Both the position numbers and the translations under genes were made by a program. The notes under the pieces were generated by a model. It had not been told where the DNA came from and ran no database searches. It worked only from the letters and a program-made list of their open reading frames with translations. From Mobula hypostoma (taxonomy: Eukaryota), in contig NC_086097.1 in assembly GCF_963921235.1 (NCBI RefSeq), positions 40,798,001-40,862,000 of the forward strand: a stretch of 64,000 bases of DNA, read 5' to 3'. Positions 37,739 to 51,344 of this stretch are shown piece by piece; position 1 is the first letter of the stretch, and the number at the start of each line of letters is the position of its first letter.

Positions 37739-38044
37739 GAGAGCAGTTCAGACTTTTTAGGAATGGTAAAGAGCACCAAGAAGAATGACAGAGACATGGG
37801 GTGAACTAGAATCCATTCCTCTGCCTTTGATTTCTGTGATGGGCAATTCATCTGTCTGCGACTCGTGGGTGTGTCTTTTCAGCTTATAGGAATTGTACCT
37901 ATGTTTTGGAAATCCTTTGTACTTAAGAAACCATTTGCAATTTGGAAATCTTTTATAAGATATAAATCCTCTGTGACATTTAAATAGGTTTTAAGAATTT
38001 TGTCTAGATTTAAATGGATATTGCTTGAGATAAATGATGTGTGT

Positions 38045-38630
38045 TTAAACTTCATTTTCCCATTCTGATATGTCTATCCATGGCCTCCTCTGCTGTCAAG
38101 ATGAGGCCATACTCAGGTTGGAGGAACGATACCTTATATTCCATCTGGGTGGCCTCCAACCTGATGGCATGAACATTGACATCTCTAACTTCTGTTAATG
38201 CCCCTCCTCCCCTTCTTACCCCATCTCTTTATTTATTTATTCTTTTTTTTTCCTCCCTCTGTCCCTCTCACTATAACTCCTTGCCTGCTCTCCATTCTCT
38301 GGTGCTCCCCTCCCGCTTTCTTTCTCCCTAGGCCTCCCGTCCCATGATCCTCTCCCTTCTCCAGCCTTGTATCCCTTTTGCCAATCAACTTTCCAGCTCT
38401 CAGCTCCATCCCTTCCCCTCCTGTCTTCTCCTATCATTTCGGATCTCCCCCTCCCTCTCCTACTTTCAAATCTCTTACTATCTCTTCTTTCAGTTAGTCC
38501 TGACGAAGGGTCTCGGCCCGAAGCGTCAACTGTACCTCTTCCTATTGATGCTGCCTGGCCTGCTGCGTTCCACCATGATTTTGTGTGCGGTGCTTGAATT
38601 TCCAGCATCTGAAGATTTCCTCGTGTTTGT
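38045..38630 (+). mobile_element. PLE 3' fragment with terminal repeat
   Basis: DMSIHGLLCCQDEAILRLEERYLIFHLGGLQPDGMNID; hammerhead motif at 38495-38532. Confidence 0.88.
38495..38532 (+). ncRNA. Minimal type I hammerhead ribozyme motif with a core mutation
   Basis: TAGTC-CTGACGA-A-GGGT(CTCG)GCCC-GAAGC-GTC-AACTG. GAAAC is changed to GAAGC. Confidence 0.6.
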
Positions 38631-38859
38631 GTTTAAACTACTTTGTTAACTGGAAGTGTCTCCTCCTTGGTTGGGGTGGGGGGGGGGGGGAATCCAATGC
38701 TCAGATAGTGGATACTGGCAGCTCAGCTCACCATGGACGATAAATGGGGAAGTGAACTAGTCTTTGAAGATTGGGTGGTTACAGGATAAACTCCCTTTAG
38801 TGAGGGTAAGTAGCTATCTATATTGGATAGGGCTTAAGATCTTCTTTTGAGTTCAGAAC

Positions 38860-40412
38860 CTTATAACCATATAACAATTACAGCATGGAAACAGGCCATC
38901 TCGGCCGTTCTAGTCCATGCCGTACACTTACTCTCGCCTAGTCCCACCGACCTGCACTCACAAGATCACAAGACAAAGGAGCAGAAGTAGGCCATTCGGC
39001 CCATCGAGTCTGCTCCGCAGCTCCTCCATGAGCTAAACTATTCACCCATCTAGTTCCAATTTCCGGCATTTTCCCCATATCCCTTGATACCCTGACTAAT
39101 TAGATACCTGTCAATCTCCTCCTTAAGCTCAGCCCATAACTCTCCACTCCTTTCCTGTCCATAGAGCTGTCCAATTTAACTTTAAACGACAACATCGAAC
39201 CTGCCTCAGCCACTTCTGCTGGAAGCTCATTCCACACAGCCACCACTCTCTGAGTAAAGAAGTTCCCCCTCATGTTACCCCTAAACTTTTGCCCTTTAAT
39301 TCTCAACTCATGTCCTCTTGTTTGAATCTCCCCCATTCTCAGTGGAAAAAGCCTATCCATGTCAACTCTATCTATCCCTCTCATAATTTTAAATACTTCT
39401 ATCAAGTTCCCCCTCAACCTTTTACATTCCAAAGAATAAAGACCCAACTTGTGCAACCTTTCTCTGTAACTTAGGTGATGAAACTCAGGTAACATTCTGG
39501 TAAATCTTCTCTGTACTCTCTCTATTTTGTCGACATCTTTCCTGTAATTTGGTGACCAGAACTGTACACAATACTCCAAATTTGGCCTCACTAATGCCTT
39601 GTACAATTTCAACATTACATCCCAACTCCTATCCTCAATGCTTTGATTAATAAAGGCCAGCATACCAAAAGCTTTCTTCACCCCCTATCCACATGAGATT
39701 CCACCTTCAGGGAACTACGCACCATTATTCCTAGATCCCTCTGTTCTACTGCATTCTTCAATGCCCTACCATTTACCATGTCTATCCTATTTTGATTAGT
39801 CCTACCAAAGTGTAGCACCTCACCTTTATCAGTATTAAGCTCCATCTGCCATCTTTCAGCCCACTCTTCTAACTGGCCTAAATCTCTCTGCAAGCTTTGA
39901 AAACCTACTTCATTATCCACAACTCCACCTACCTTAGTATCATCTGCATACTTACTAATCCAATTTACCACCCCATCATCCAGATCACTAATGTATATGA
40001 CAAATAACATTAGACCCAGTACAAATCCCTGAGGCACACCACTAGTCACCGGCCTCCAATCTGACAAACAGTTATCTATTACTACTCTCTGGCATCTCCC
40101 ATCCAGCCACTGCTGAATCCATTTTACTACCTCAATATTAATACCTAACAATTTAACCTCCCTAACCAACCTTCTGTGTGGGACTTTGTCAAAGGCCTTA
40201 CTGAAGTACATATAGACAACATCCACTGCTTTACCCTCGTCAACATTCCTAGTAACCTCTTCAAAAAAAATTCAGTAAGATTTGTCAAACATGACCTTCC
40301 CTGCACAAATCCATGTTGACTGTTCCTAATCAGACCCTGTCTTTCCAGATAATTATATATACCATCTCTAAGAATACTTTCCATCAATTTACCCACCACT
40401 GACGTCAAACTC
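38860..40412 (-). mobile_element. CR1 LINE RT and 3' end (third subfamily), with a nested CR1 3' end at 38961-39127
   Basis: ORFs 39678..40226 ([23 protein letters not shown]) and 39100..39681. The nested piece is flanked by a CTCA duplication (38957-38960 and 39128-39131). Confidence 0.92.
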
Positions 40413-41089
40413 GTAGATCTTGCATTCAGCAAACCCAGTACTATCACACCTTGTTCCCCAACCAAATCTGGTTCATTACACAACACCTAATCCAGAATCT
40501 CCTTTTCCCCACTCAGCTTGAGTACAAGTTGACCTGAAAATGTTGTGAATTCCTTCTCTTGGGGTCCATCACTAGCACAATTTTCCTATTCTATCCGCAT
40601 ATGGAATCCCCCATGATCATTGTGGGTACAAATGACAAGCCATAGAAAAGGCATGTAGAAAATGTGACATTGCCCTTTTTACACACCTTTTCTGTTTCCT
40701 GTTGTAATTTATATTCCACATCTGGCTTATGGCTTGGATCTTGTAGCTTCTTTTGACAGCCACTTTTTTCAGTATATCTTTTTGGTACTGACACATTTAG
40801 CATCTCACTCAGAGAATATGTTAGAGAAGACGACTTGAAAGCAGGCTAAAAGTCGCTGAGAGGCAAAGTGAGGGAGTATCACACTCTGTGACGTGCTTCC
40901 AACTAACTGAATTCCAAGTCGATAAAGTACGCTTAATCCTTTATTATAACACAACAAAAAATCATTTGACTCTTCTGTAAATCATGTATAACAAAGACAA
41001 GCGGTCAATGATAAGCTTAATTGGATCAAATTCAAGTAAGATGAGCGGTCAACAAAAAAATATACACTCCCTACTCACCCCCTCTCTAT

Positions 41090-41390
41090 TTGTTAAAAGT
41101 TAAAGCCTGTCCTGAGCCTTGTAGGCTCATCAGGCTGGTGCTTATGCTGGTTTCTGTGGCGTGAAGCAACTGAGAGTATGAGACTCACCCCCCCCCCAGA
41201 TAGGACACCAGTCTATCGCGAGGTTAACCTCCAACACTTTGCTGGTACCCATTTTCAGCTGGGTGGACTGGAGCAGTGTCTGGTTAAGTGCCTTTGCTCA
41301 AAGACACAACACGCTGCCTCGGCTGGGGCTCGTACTCACGACCTTCAGATCGCTAGTCAAACGCCTTAACCGCTTGGCCACACGCCACAA
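41090..41390 (-). mobile_element. Full-length tRNA-derived CORE-like SINE with 11-bp TSD
   Basis: A-box TGGCCAAGCGG, B-box-like GTACGAGCCC, CORE-like GTGTCTTTGAGCAAAGGCACTTAACC..CTGAAAATGGG. TSD CCCCTCTCTAT at 41079-41089 and 41391-41401. Confidence 0.8.
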
Positions 41391-43824
41391 CCCCTCTCTA
41401 TGCTGCCGTAGAATTGAACAGGTGTCCATATTCATTTATTTTTTACTGCTAGCCAAACCCATGTGACAAATTACTTTAACACAAGTACAATGCAGTACAG
41501 ACAGGCGATAAATAGATACATGGCTCCTGCAGTACTGTTAGGTGTCTGTGAGGCATAGTACATCACTCAGCTAATTGACTATAGGCCAACCTAATGCAAA
41601 TCAAGTTCACAAGGTTTGCATTGAAATACATTTGTCAGAGATTTGGAAGCTTAATTATTTTATAACAGGATGACATTTCCAAAGTACTTTGTGGACGGTC
41701 TCGTGCTTTATACATTCAGAGGTGGTGTAAGGAGCTACTGAATATAGAAACAGGAAACAAATAGAAACAATTCCTTCCAGAGTGAGGCATGCATGATATA
41801 CGCTTGCATCCTCTGCATTTGCTAGTTTCAGCAAAGTCCAGCAGGAAATAAGTGCATGGAACAGTGTGCTGTGACTCTTATGCCATAATCTTCCAGCTAG
41901 TGTCCTGGTAACAGCACCGTAGACACAACCCGAATCCTTGTATATTGCTCAATAACATGTGACTGTTATTTCAAACACCATGAAGAATACAAAGGAGAAA
42001 AAGCTATTTCACTAAACTATGTTGTGTTGATTTTCTCCCTGCCCCAAGCATTTGTCTTGATCCCTAGTTCCATTTACCATTCTTCCCATGTTCTTGACTA
42101 AACTAAATGTAAATGATGTGTGCTTTTCTTCAATCCCGAGTTTAGGTAATGCATAAAACATCTGCATGGACCAATCACAGCACTGCAGTGAGGTGATGGG
42201 CATATGTGGTCAAATAGAGATTGGTTCTGAACTCGTAATGTGGAGGGGCGCTCACAGACAGTGCATCATGAAAAATAACAGGTGCATAGCCCGTGATTTC
42301 CTGCCCAGGGTAATTTGCATGTGATCTCCTATGAAGTGATCCAAGCAAATGCACTTCCTATCGGGAAGCATGAAATTAATTTAGCTGTTTCACTGGAGCT
42401 TGTAACATATCATTAATATGTTTATTTTCCCTGTGGTTAGTGTGACCAAATAAACCTTACAAGCTCACAATTTTAGATGATACATTGGATCTTCCTGTCA
42501 ATCAATAACTGCAATACTACATGGTATTGTATTAATCAACAAAGCTGGTTAAAATGAGCTGGTATATCAATGGATTAAACGGGTATTGTTTTAATCTTTA
42601 ATAGGTAACTGATTTTGAGCATGCAACACTGCCATACACCATTTAATTGAAAAAATATCGCATTCTTGTGATTGTCAAAAAGCTTGGAAAGTTAGGCTGT
42701 TCACTTACATCTTGTTTGTCTTCACAAACTCAGAGCAGCTATTTGGGGCCTGTGATGATCTATGAACCCTGTCTCTAAGTTGCAAATGAAAAGACATATG
42801 TCCATATGCAAACTCTCTGCAATGATTGACCATACTTTTCTCTTTGTCTTCTCATTCCACTTTTTCTTCCTGTCTGATTGAGTGCAAAGTTCTTCCATCT
42901 GGCAAATCCCTCATGAGGTTGCTGCACCCTAAGTGATTTCTTCATTGATGAAACTTCAACTCAGTATCAGTCTTGTTGATGTCCATAAGAGTTTTGTACT
43001 TTCAGATCTTAGCGGTAGAGCCGTGGAGACCACTTGTCAAAGTTAATCCTTTAGCTTTGAAGATATCTGCCAGCTATAGTTTGGAAATGAGTTATTTTTT
43101 GTTCTCCTTGAGGATTGTGATGCTACCTAAGGAACATAATGGATTTTGACATGAGAGCTTAGACCACAGATAGTCTTAGTGTCATGAAAGATGGTTTGCT
43201 GTTTATATGTATCATGTCAATATGCAAACCATTGAATTTCTGTCATATTTCCACGGCACCAATTGTTCTTGATTTCAGAATTAGGTTTATTATCACAAAC
43301 ATGCACCATGAAATTGTTGTTTTTGTGCTAGCAGTACTGGGCAAGATATTTTTTAAAATACTAAAAATTACAATAAAAAATAAAATAAAAGAGGAATAGA
43401 AAGTAGTGTTTATGGGTTCGTGAACTGTAAAGAAATCTGATGGTAGAAAGGAAGGAGTTGTTCCAAAGCAATGAGTGTGTATCTTCGGACTCCGGTACCT
43501 ACTCCTTGATGGGAGTAATGAGATGAGGAACTGTCCTGGTTGGTGGGAGTCTTTAATGATGGATGGTGGAGTAGGATTTTTTTTTGCTAGTTGTCCTTGT
43601 GTTGAAGTTTTTGTTATCATTTGGGAGGACAGAGCCTTGGCCTTTTTGGCATTACCCAATTTTAATTCCACCTGCTTAGCTTCCAAGGTGACAACATTCA
43701 CTTTAACCCTCACTCCCCCTTTTGGCTTTATACGGTCTAATTTTTTAAATTTCTATGTTCTGATTTTATATTTTCTCCTATTATCTATCTTCCCTTTCTT
43801 TATTGCTTGCTTAGTGGTTCCAAA

Positions 43825-45095
43825 TGGTATGTTGCCTCCCAGGTGCCAGGGTCAGGGACATCTCGGATCACATATTCAGCATTTTGGAGGGGAGGGAGAG
43901 CAGCCAGATGTCCTGGTACATATTGGTACCAATAACATAGGAAGGAAAAGCAAAGAGGTCCTGAAAAGAGAAATTAGAAAGCTAGGCAGAAAGCTAAGAA
44001 ACAGGATCTCTAGGGTAGCAATTTCTGGATTGCTGACTGTGCCACGCGCCAGTGAGGTTAGAAACAGGATGACTTGGCAGATTAAAGCATGGCTGAGAAG
44101 CTGGTGCAGGGGGCAGGGCTTCAGGTTCTTGAATCATTGGGATCTCTTCTGGGGGAGGTATGACCTGTGCGAAAATGACGGGTCGCACCTGAACCCAAGG
44201 GGGACCAATATTCTCGCAAGCAGGTTTGTTAGAGCTGTTGGAGAGAGTTTAAACTAAGATGGCAGGGGGTTGGGAATCGGAGTGAAGGGACTCAAGATAG
44301 GATGGATGGTTTAAAAAAAAAACTGTCAGGAGGGGGAGGAAGATAATAGAACAAAATAGTAGCCAGCAGAGTGAGTATCAGTGCTTTAGGGATATAAAAT
44401 CAAAAAGGGTAGCAAATACAGCATTCAAAGTATTATATCTCAATGCACAGAGTATAGGAAATAAGCTGGATGATCTTGTTGCACTTTCACAGATTGTTAG
44501 GTATGATGTTGTGGCCATCACTGATTCATGGCTGAAGGATGGTTGTAATTGGGAGCTAAATGTCCAAGGTTACACGTTATATCAGAGGGATAAGAAGGTA
44601 GGCAGAGCGGGTGACATGGCTCTGCCAGTAAAGAATGCCATCAAATCAGTAGAAAAATGTGACATAGGATCAGAAGATGTTGAATCCTTGTGGGCTGAGG
44701 GTAAAAGGACACTGATGGCAGTTACATACAGGCCTCCCAACAGTGGCTGGGATGTGGACCACAATTTACAATGGGAAGTATAAAACAATATCAAAGTGGA
44801 TAGTAAAAGCTTTTCAAGCATGTAAAAATTAAAAGAGAGAGTGGATATAGGACCACTAGAAAACGAGGCCAGTTAAATAATAATGGGGGACAAGGAGATT
44901 GCAGATGAACTAAGTGAGTATTTTGCATCCGTCTTCACTGTGGAAGACACCAGCAGTGTTCCAGATATTGAAGGGTGTGAGGGAAGAGAAATGAGTGCAG
45001 TTACTATTACAAGGAAGAAGACTCTCAAAAAGTTAAAAGATCTAAGGATACAAAAGTCACTCAGACCTGATGAACTGCACCCTAGGGTTCTGAAC
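43825..45095 (+). mobile_element. CR1 5' fragment: ORF1 SGNH-esterase domain plus internally deleted endonuclease region
   Basis: C-terminal half of ORF 43475..44257 contains VHIGTNN and DGSHLNPRG. Downstream remnants include ITDSWL, YRPPN and YFASVFT. Confidence 0.88.
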
Positions 45096-45229
45096 TGCTG
45101 TTCCATTCTTTGATACATCAGATGTTTCTTGATATATTGTCTGTACCACTGTAATGTTATTATTTGGTTGTCTATAGACAACTCCCAATAGTGATATTAT
45201 ATTTTCTCTTTATTAGATTCATTCTGCTC

Positions 45230-46620
45230 CTGAGATCTTACATTATCTTTCACTGTTGCCCCGCTCACATCCTTGATTCGGAGTGCTACCCCACATCCCC
45301 TACCTTCCTACTTATCCTTCCATATTACTTGATACTCCCTGAATATCTAATTCACAATTATTTTCATCCTGCAACCACATTTTTGTAGTGGCCTTTAAAT
45401 CTTTACCCCTTTCTACTAATTTAGACCATAAGACCATAAGACATCGGAGCAGAATTAGGCCATCTGGCCCATTGAGTCTGCTCTGCCATTCAATCATGGT
45501 TGATCCTTTTTTGTTCTCTCTCCTCCTCAACCCTAGTTCCGGGCCTTCTCCCCATTACTGGCCTTGTTTCAAATACTACAGGCATTCAGATAAAGTGCTC
45601 TGATGGCTATCCTTTTAGAATCTAGTAACTTTTGTATATTTTGCATTTGAATTTTCTGTACTCCACTCTTGCTTTTCTCTTTTTTAACTTTTGCTTTGGT
45701 CTCCGTTTGGCTTCCCTCTGTGTTTCTGCATGGATACCCATCCCCAGGCCACATCCCAACAGCATGAGAAGTCAGTCCCCCTAGGACATTGATCACAGTC
45801 CTGTCAATGTTTAGATGGTCGTATTTGTACTGATCCTATTTCCCCCAGAGCCAGTGCTAATCCCCCAGGAATTGGAAACCCTCTCTCTTTCACCACTGTT
45901 CGAGCCATATATTCACCCTAACTATTCTGTTTTTTCTACTCTGACTTGCATGTGGCATGGGTAGCAATCCTGAGATTATTACTTTTGAGGTCCTACTTTT
46001 TAGTTTGCTTCCTAGTTCCATAAATCCAGCTTGTCAGACCTCCTGCTGCTTTTTTCCTATACTGATGGCATATACATGCACTGTGACAACTGACTTTTCT
46101 CCCAGAATGCCCTGCAGCTTGTCTGAGACATCTCTGCCCCTTTCACCTGTAAGGCAACACACCAAGCGGGTGGCCACGAAGCTCCTGTCTATTCCCTTTA
46201 CCATGGACTTGCCAACTTCTACAGCTCAGCCACTTCTGTTTCTGCACTCTTGTGCAGCAGAGCTACTCATGATGCCACGGCGTTGGCTGGTCCTGCCTTC
46301 CCCTGCTGAGCCATCTCCTACAACAGGGTCCAAAGTGGTATATCTGCTCTGGAAGGAGATAACTGCAGCAGGCTCCTACACTACCTTCCAGCTACCACTC
46401 TGCCTGTTGCCCATCCATTCCCTATCTTTCCTTACACCTTCCAGCTGCTGTGTGAACATGCTAAATTCATGATGTTTCTCCGCATTGCAGATTCTCTAAA
46501 GAGCTATCATGTGGTCTGAAAGGTGTGGTAGCTGGGCACACTTTCTGTCTGTGTAGTCATCAGGGACACTGGCCACCTCCCAGAGTTCCCACAGGAGGAG
46601 CACAATACAGGCCTGAGCTC
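45230..46620 (-). mobile_element. Decayed CR1 ORF1 and endonuclease region, with a nested CR1 3' end (~45422-45555)
   Basis: ORF 45569..45796 ends ALYLNACSI. 45312..45530 contains WLQ..CELDIQG. Esterase remnants at 45780-46100. Confidence 0.6.
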
Positions 46621-47444
46621 ATGTGCAATGTCTAAATCTTAGATAAACAAGTAGCGCTTTGATTAGACAGCAGACCCTTTCAAAATTACCATTGCAGAAC
46701 ATGAAAACTTCATTAAATGATCAATTTTGTCTTTTTTTTTGGTATTTTGACATTTCTAAATAATTAGCTAATTGAAAACTGATAAGCTATTTTGTGAATT
46801 GCAAGCTTATTGTTGCAATTATATGTGATTATTTCTCCCTCTGCACAACAATATAATTTGTTTGAGTGCTTTCCTCAACTTACAGCAAAAATAATTCTTA
46901 CCTAACTACAATAAAGTTTAAAAATAAGCCTGTGTTCTGTGATAGTGATCCCTACATTTTGCTCAGATCAGATTCCATGTTAACTCATCAGTCGCAAGTT
47001 AATCCAAACTTGGAGTTTGGATTTTGGCAATTTGGTATCAGGTAATGTGTCCACAAGATTGTTACCTAAAGCATGGTGCAGATTATCCACCATTAAACTG
47101 CACCGGGTCTCCGGGGAGTGAATGGCTTGGGTTGACAGAAGCTTCATGCAAAAACCTATGTGCTGCCCGGCCAAACTTCCACTTCCTGGTATTCCACAGC
47201 TCCCAAGCTGAATTTCAGTGTGAAAGCACAGTCTTCAGTACTTCCAGCTTTTCATGTGGTTGTGCTTGTTCTGCTATTCTGCGTGCTCCAGAGAAACAGA
47301 CAATACCAATGCTCTGCTGTGAAGACACTTAGCAAAGAGCATCGACACAATTATGTGAGGTGCTAAATGGATCATTCCTTAGCAGGATTTTTTTTTTAGA
47401 ATCAGATTAGATAATGTGTATTTATTAGTCAAGCATGGGTTACT

Positions 47445-49097
47445 ATGTTTGCAGATTACTTGAAGGTTAGTAATGTTGTGGAAAGTGTTGAAGGTTGTCA
47501 TGCATTACAGTGGGACATTGATAGGATGCAGAACTGGGCTGAGAAGCGGCAGATTAAGTTCAATCTTGAAAAGTATGGATTGATGCTCTTTGAAGGGTAG
47601 AGTACAAGGCTATTGGCAAGATTCTTAGCAGTGTGGAGGAACGAAGGGATCTTGGGGTCCATTTCAGTATCAGAATCCGGTGTAATATCATTGACATATG
47701 AGGTAGTGTTCCTAGGTTGGCTCATTGTCCTTTCAGAAATCTGATGGCAAAGAGGAAGGAGCTGCTTCTAAAGTGTTGAGCGAGTGACTTCAGGCACCTG
47801 TGCTGCCTCCTCTCTGATGGTAGTAGTAAGAAAAGTGCATGCCCTGGGTGAATGGGTCCTTAATGATGGATATTTCCTTTTTAAGGCATCGCCTTTTGAA
47901 GATGTCCTCGATACTGGGGAGGCTAGTACTCCTGATTCAGGTGGCTGAGTTTACAACTCTCTGTAGTTTTTTCCACTCCTGTGCATTAGCTCCTCCATGC
48001 TAGATGTTGATGCAACCAGGCAGAATGCTCTTCATGGTACAACTGCAAGAATGTGTCGGACATACCAAATCTCCTCCAATTCCTATTGACATGTAGCCAC
48101 TGACATGCCTTCTTCGTCATTGCATAAGTATGCTGGCCTGGGATAGATCTTCAGAGAACTAGAAACTTGAGTTGGAACTTGAAACTGCTCACCATTTCCA
48201 CTGCTGACCCATCGATGGGGACTGGTGTGTGTTTCCTCGACTTTCACTTTCTGAAGTCCACAATCAATTCCTTCGTCTGCCTGACGTTGAGTGCAAGGTT
48301 GCTGTTATGAATCCATTCAACTAGCTGATCTACTGTATCTTACTCCTGTGTATCTTCTCATCACCATCTGTAAATCTGCCAACAACAGTTGTCATTGGCT
48401 TGTTGATGGATCTCTTAAAATTGCCATGCAAATTGATAGGGTGGTTAAGAAGGCATATGGTGTGTTGACCTTCATTGGTTAGTGGATTGAATTCACGAGG
48501 CAAGAGATTATGTTGCAGCTCTAGAATACTCTGTTCAGACTACATGTGGAGTACTGTGTTCAGTTATGGTTGTCTCCTTATAGGAAAGATGTGGAAACTC
48601 CAGAGGGAGTGCAGAGAAGATTTACCAGGATGTTGCCTGGATTAGGGAGCGTACCTTATGAGGACTGGTTAAGCAAGTTAGGGCTTCTCCTTTTGGATTG
48701 AAGGATGGTGATTGGTGACTTAATTGAGGTGTATAAGAGGCATAGATAGAGTGGACAAGCATAGATAGAGTGGACAAGCAACATCATTTTCCTGGGACAG
48801 CAATGGCTAATATGAGGGGGCATAATTTTAAGATGATTCGAGGAAGGTATTGGAGGTTTGTTAGAGATAAGGTTTTTACAGAGAGTGGTGTGTGGAGCAT
48901 TGCCTGATGTGATAGAGGCAAATACATTAGAAGCATTTAAAATACTTCTAGATAGATACATAGATGAAAGAACAATGAAGGGCAATGTGGTAAGGAAGGG
49001 TTAGATTGATCTTAGAGTAGGTTAAAAGGTTGGCATAACTTTATGGACTGAATAGCCTGTACTTTTCTGTTTTATATTCTATATTTTATGTTCTATG
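47445..49097 (+). mobile_element. Decayed CR1 3' part interrupted by a Rex-type fragment (47665-48400, - strand)
   Basis: TTTGCAGAT, GGGATCTTGGGGTCC, GAGTACTGTGTTCAGTTATGG; tail TTTTATGTTCTATG. Confidence 0.7.
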
Positions 49098-51344
49098 TGA
49101 TTGTGGATTGTTCTGCAACAAGATATGAATGTACTTCTTGCAGGAAAATTTTTCATCCTCTTACACCTCCCACAGGAGAGCTGATTTGCAACAAGTTGAC
49201 ATTATCCAAGCAGAGAGCATACCCTTGGCCCTAGTCCTGAAGCCAAAATCAATACCTACTGAAACTGAGGAAGCATAACCTGGAATATGCCAGCCATATC
49301 ATTATTCAGTGCTCTTCATGTAAAAGATAATTATCTGACTGAAATTTGGCACCCAGCAAGAAATAGCCATTAGAATTTATCTTAATTAAAATAATAGTAG
49401 AGACAGTGCTGTGTTGATAAGGTTACAGTTTAATACATTGAGTTTTTGCAAGACCTGATCTTCTGTGGAATGGTGAAGCACAAATTGTATTGTTCCTACA
49501 ACTTGATTATTTTTGCCTCAGACTAATTCCCGAGTCAACAACTACTTCTTGTATTCATTTTAGAATGAACAAGCCTTGGTGAAACTGTTCTGGCTCTTCA
49601 GTAGGCAGGAGGGGATGTGACCTAACAGCTGCCGACGTAAGGGCGGAATTGGAAGGATGGCATTGGCTGCCATAAGTCAACATGATTGAGGAGCCTCCCA
49701 TAACCATTTAATCTGTACTCGGCAGATTGATTTCTGAGTGATGGCCACTGTCCATGTCTTTAGCGCTATGATTTTCATTGCATTGGTTCCTGTGATTTCC
49801 ATTGCTTTCAAGGTCTGTGCATTATGTTTTACTTTAATGGCAAATCAAGAATCGCTTTGTTGGTGGCTGCCGGCCAGCTGTTTCTTCTATAGCCTCTTCA
49901 TGCTGCAGTCACCTATTTTTTGCAGCTCATTCAGTTTTCTCCTGAATAGTAATTGATTGAGAAAGAGAGGCTAGTTCAGGTATACCATGCCCTTGCTGGG
50001 AGTGGCATCTCAAGTCAATTTTCAGGGAAGTTAGAAGGGAAAGATGATGACATCACCAGGCACAGGTTAGAGTTCATGCAGTTTATTTTATGCCTTTTGA
50101 TATGACTATGATGTCATGCTGTGCATGAATGAGCCAGGAGGTTTTCATGGACTGTCTATCTCAGGCTGTAACACCTTGTGGTAGAATTTTGTTCTTCGTA
50201 ACATTTTGATCATAGCAACTAAAAAATAGAGCAAAGTTTATCATGAGTACACATTATCCATATTTAACATGTGCATATAATCACACATTGTAGCTTCATA
50301 TGCAGATCTATCAAATGTAGAGGCATGCCTTGTATAATGTGTCATTAGTTGATATGATTGCTATTATCATCTGTGTTTTTTCTGTATGTTAAAAGCAGAT
50401 AAAAATCCCTATCAAAGGTAAAAGTGCACAGGGACTAGAAATAATGAGCGAAGATAAAATTAGACAAAACCTAATGAGAGAGCATGACATAAAGACTTTT
50501 ATATTGCCAAGTGAAGAGAAAATGGTGCCTGAGATAGATGGGAGGAATGTGTCCCTGCATAAAACTGCTAGGAACTCTCCCCAAATAAATGATTGCAACC
50601 TGCTTTGGAAAGAGGCATCACAATGGTTTTCCATCATTATTTTGTCCCAGTTTTGCATAATCAAAATATTATCTCTTCACATTATCTGATACTGATGCAA
50701 GGATATTGACCCAAAATATTACATCTGTTTCTTTCTGTCTGACTGCAGAATATTTCAAACATTTTCTGTTTTATTGCAGTGATGGGGTAGAGGACATGAC
50801 AGTCCTATTTTGGCTGCACTTCTTATCTGTTTCTTTCTGCTCCAGTGCAATGGAACAGCTTTATTGTGGTACAGCTAATAGACCTTTAGCTGCTGAAGGA
50901 ATGTATTCAACATGCATTGTCCACATCTTTACTCAAGACATGGCAGGAAACATTGAGCCATGGGTCAATTCAAGAAGATGCCAAGAGCTGAAATCAATAA
51001 AACCTGATGTGCACATGTACGATTAAACATATTGTGGTTTTAGTGACAGCAACTCTAAGTGACTGGCATTGTTTCCAATTATCAAGAGCACATATCATAT
51101 AGACTTTAACATTTAACCATGGGACAGGAAAAAAAATGTCAGATATGTTAGATCCCAATGTTGAGTCACAACCTTTTGTTAAAATGCTTGGAGAGAATGA
51201 TCTGCCTTTCATCAAAAAACAAAGAATTTGCCTAGAGGAACAATGGCTACTTGTGAGGTGCAGCTTTGTTCAATTTGGATATTTTTAAAATTATTTAATC
51301 CATCTTTATTAATTCTGAAACCTGATCTCTCACATGTTAAGCAT

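Noticed and set aside
38668..38690. G-run with G-quadruplex potential
   Set aside because: An isolated homopolymer with no supporting context; its length is prone to sequencing error.
41105..41160. GAAAC..CTGATGA on the - strand of the SINE tail, resembling a permuted hammerhead
   Set aside because: Stems I and III cannot be paired and no GAAA follows the hairpin. It is better explained as the SINE 3' stem-loop.
42830..43075. Purine-rich - strand stretch that looks like an exon
   Set aside because: Stop codons occur in all three frames.
48741..48778. 19-bp tandem duplication; similar small duplications at ~707-748 and ~5226-5276
   Set aside because: Ordinary local slippage or repair duplications.
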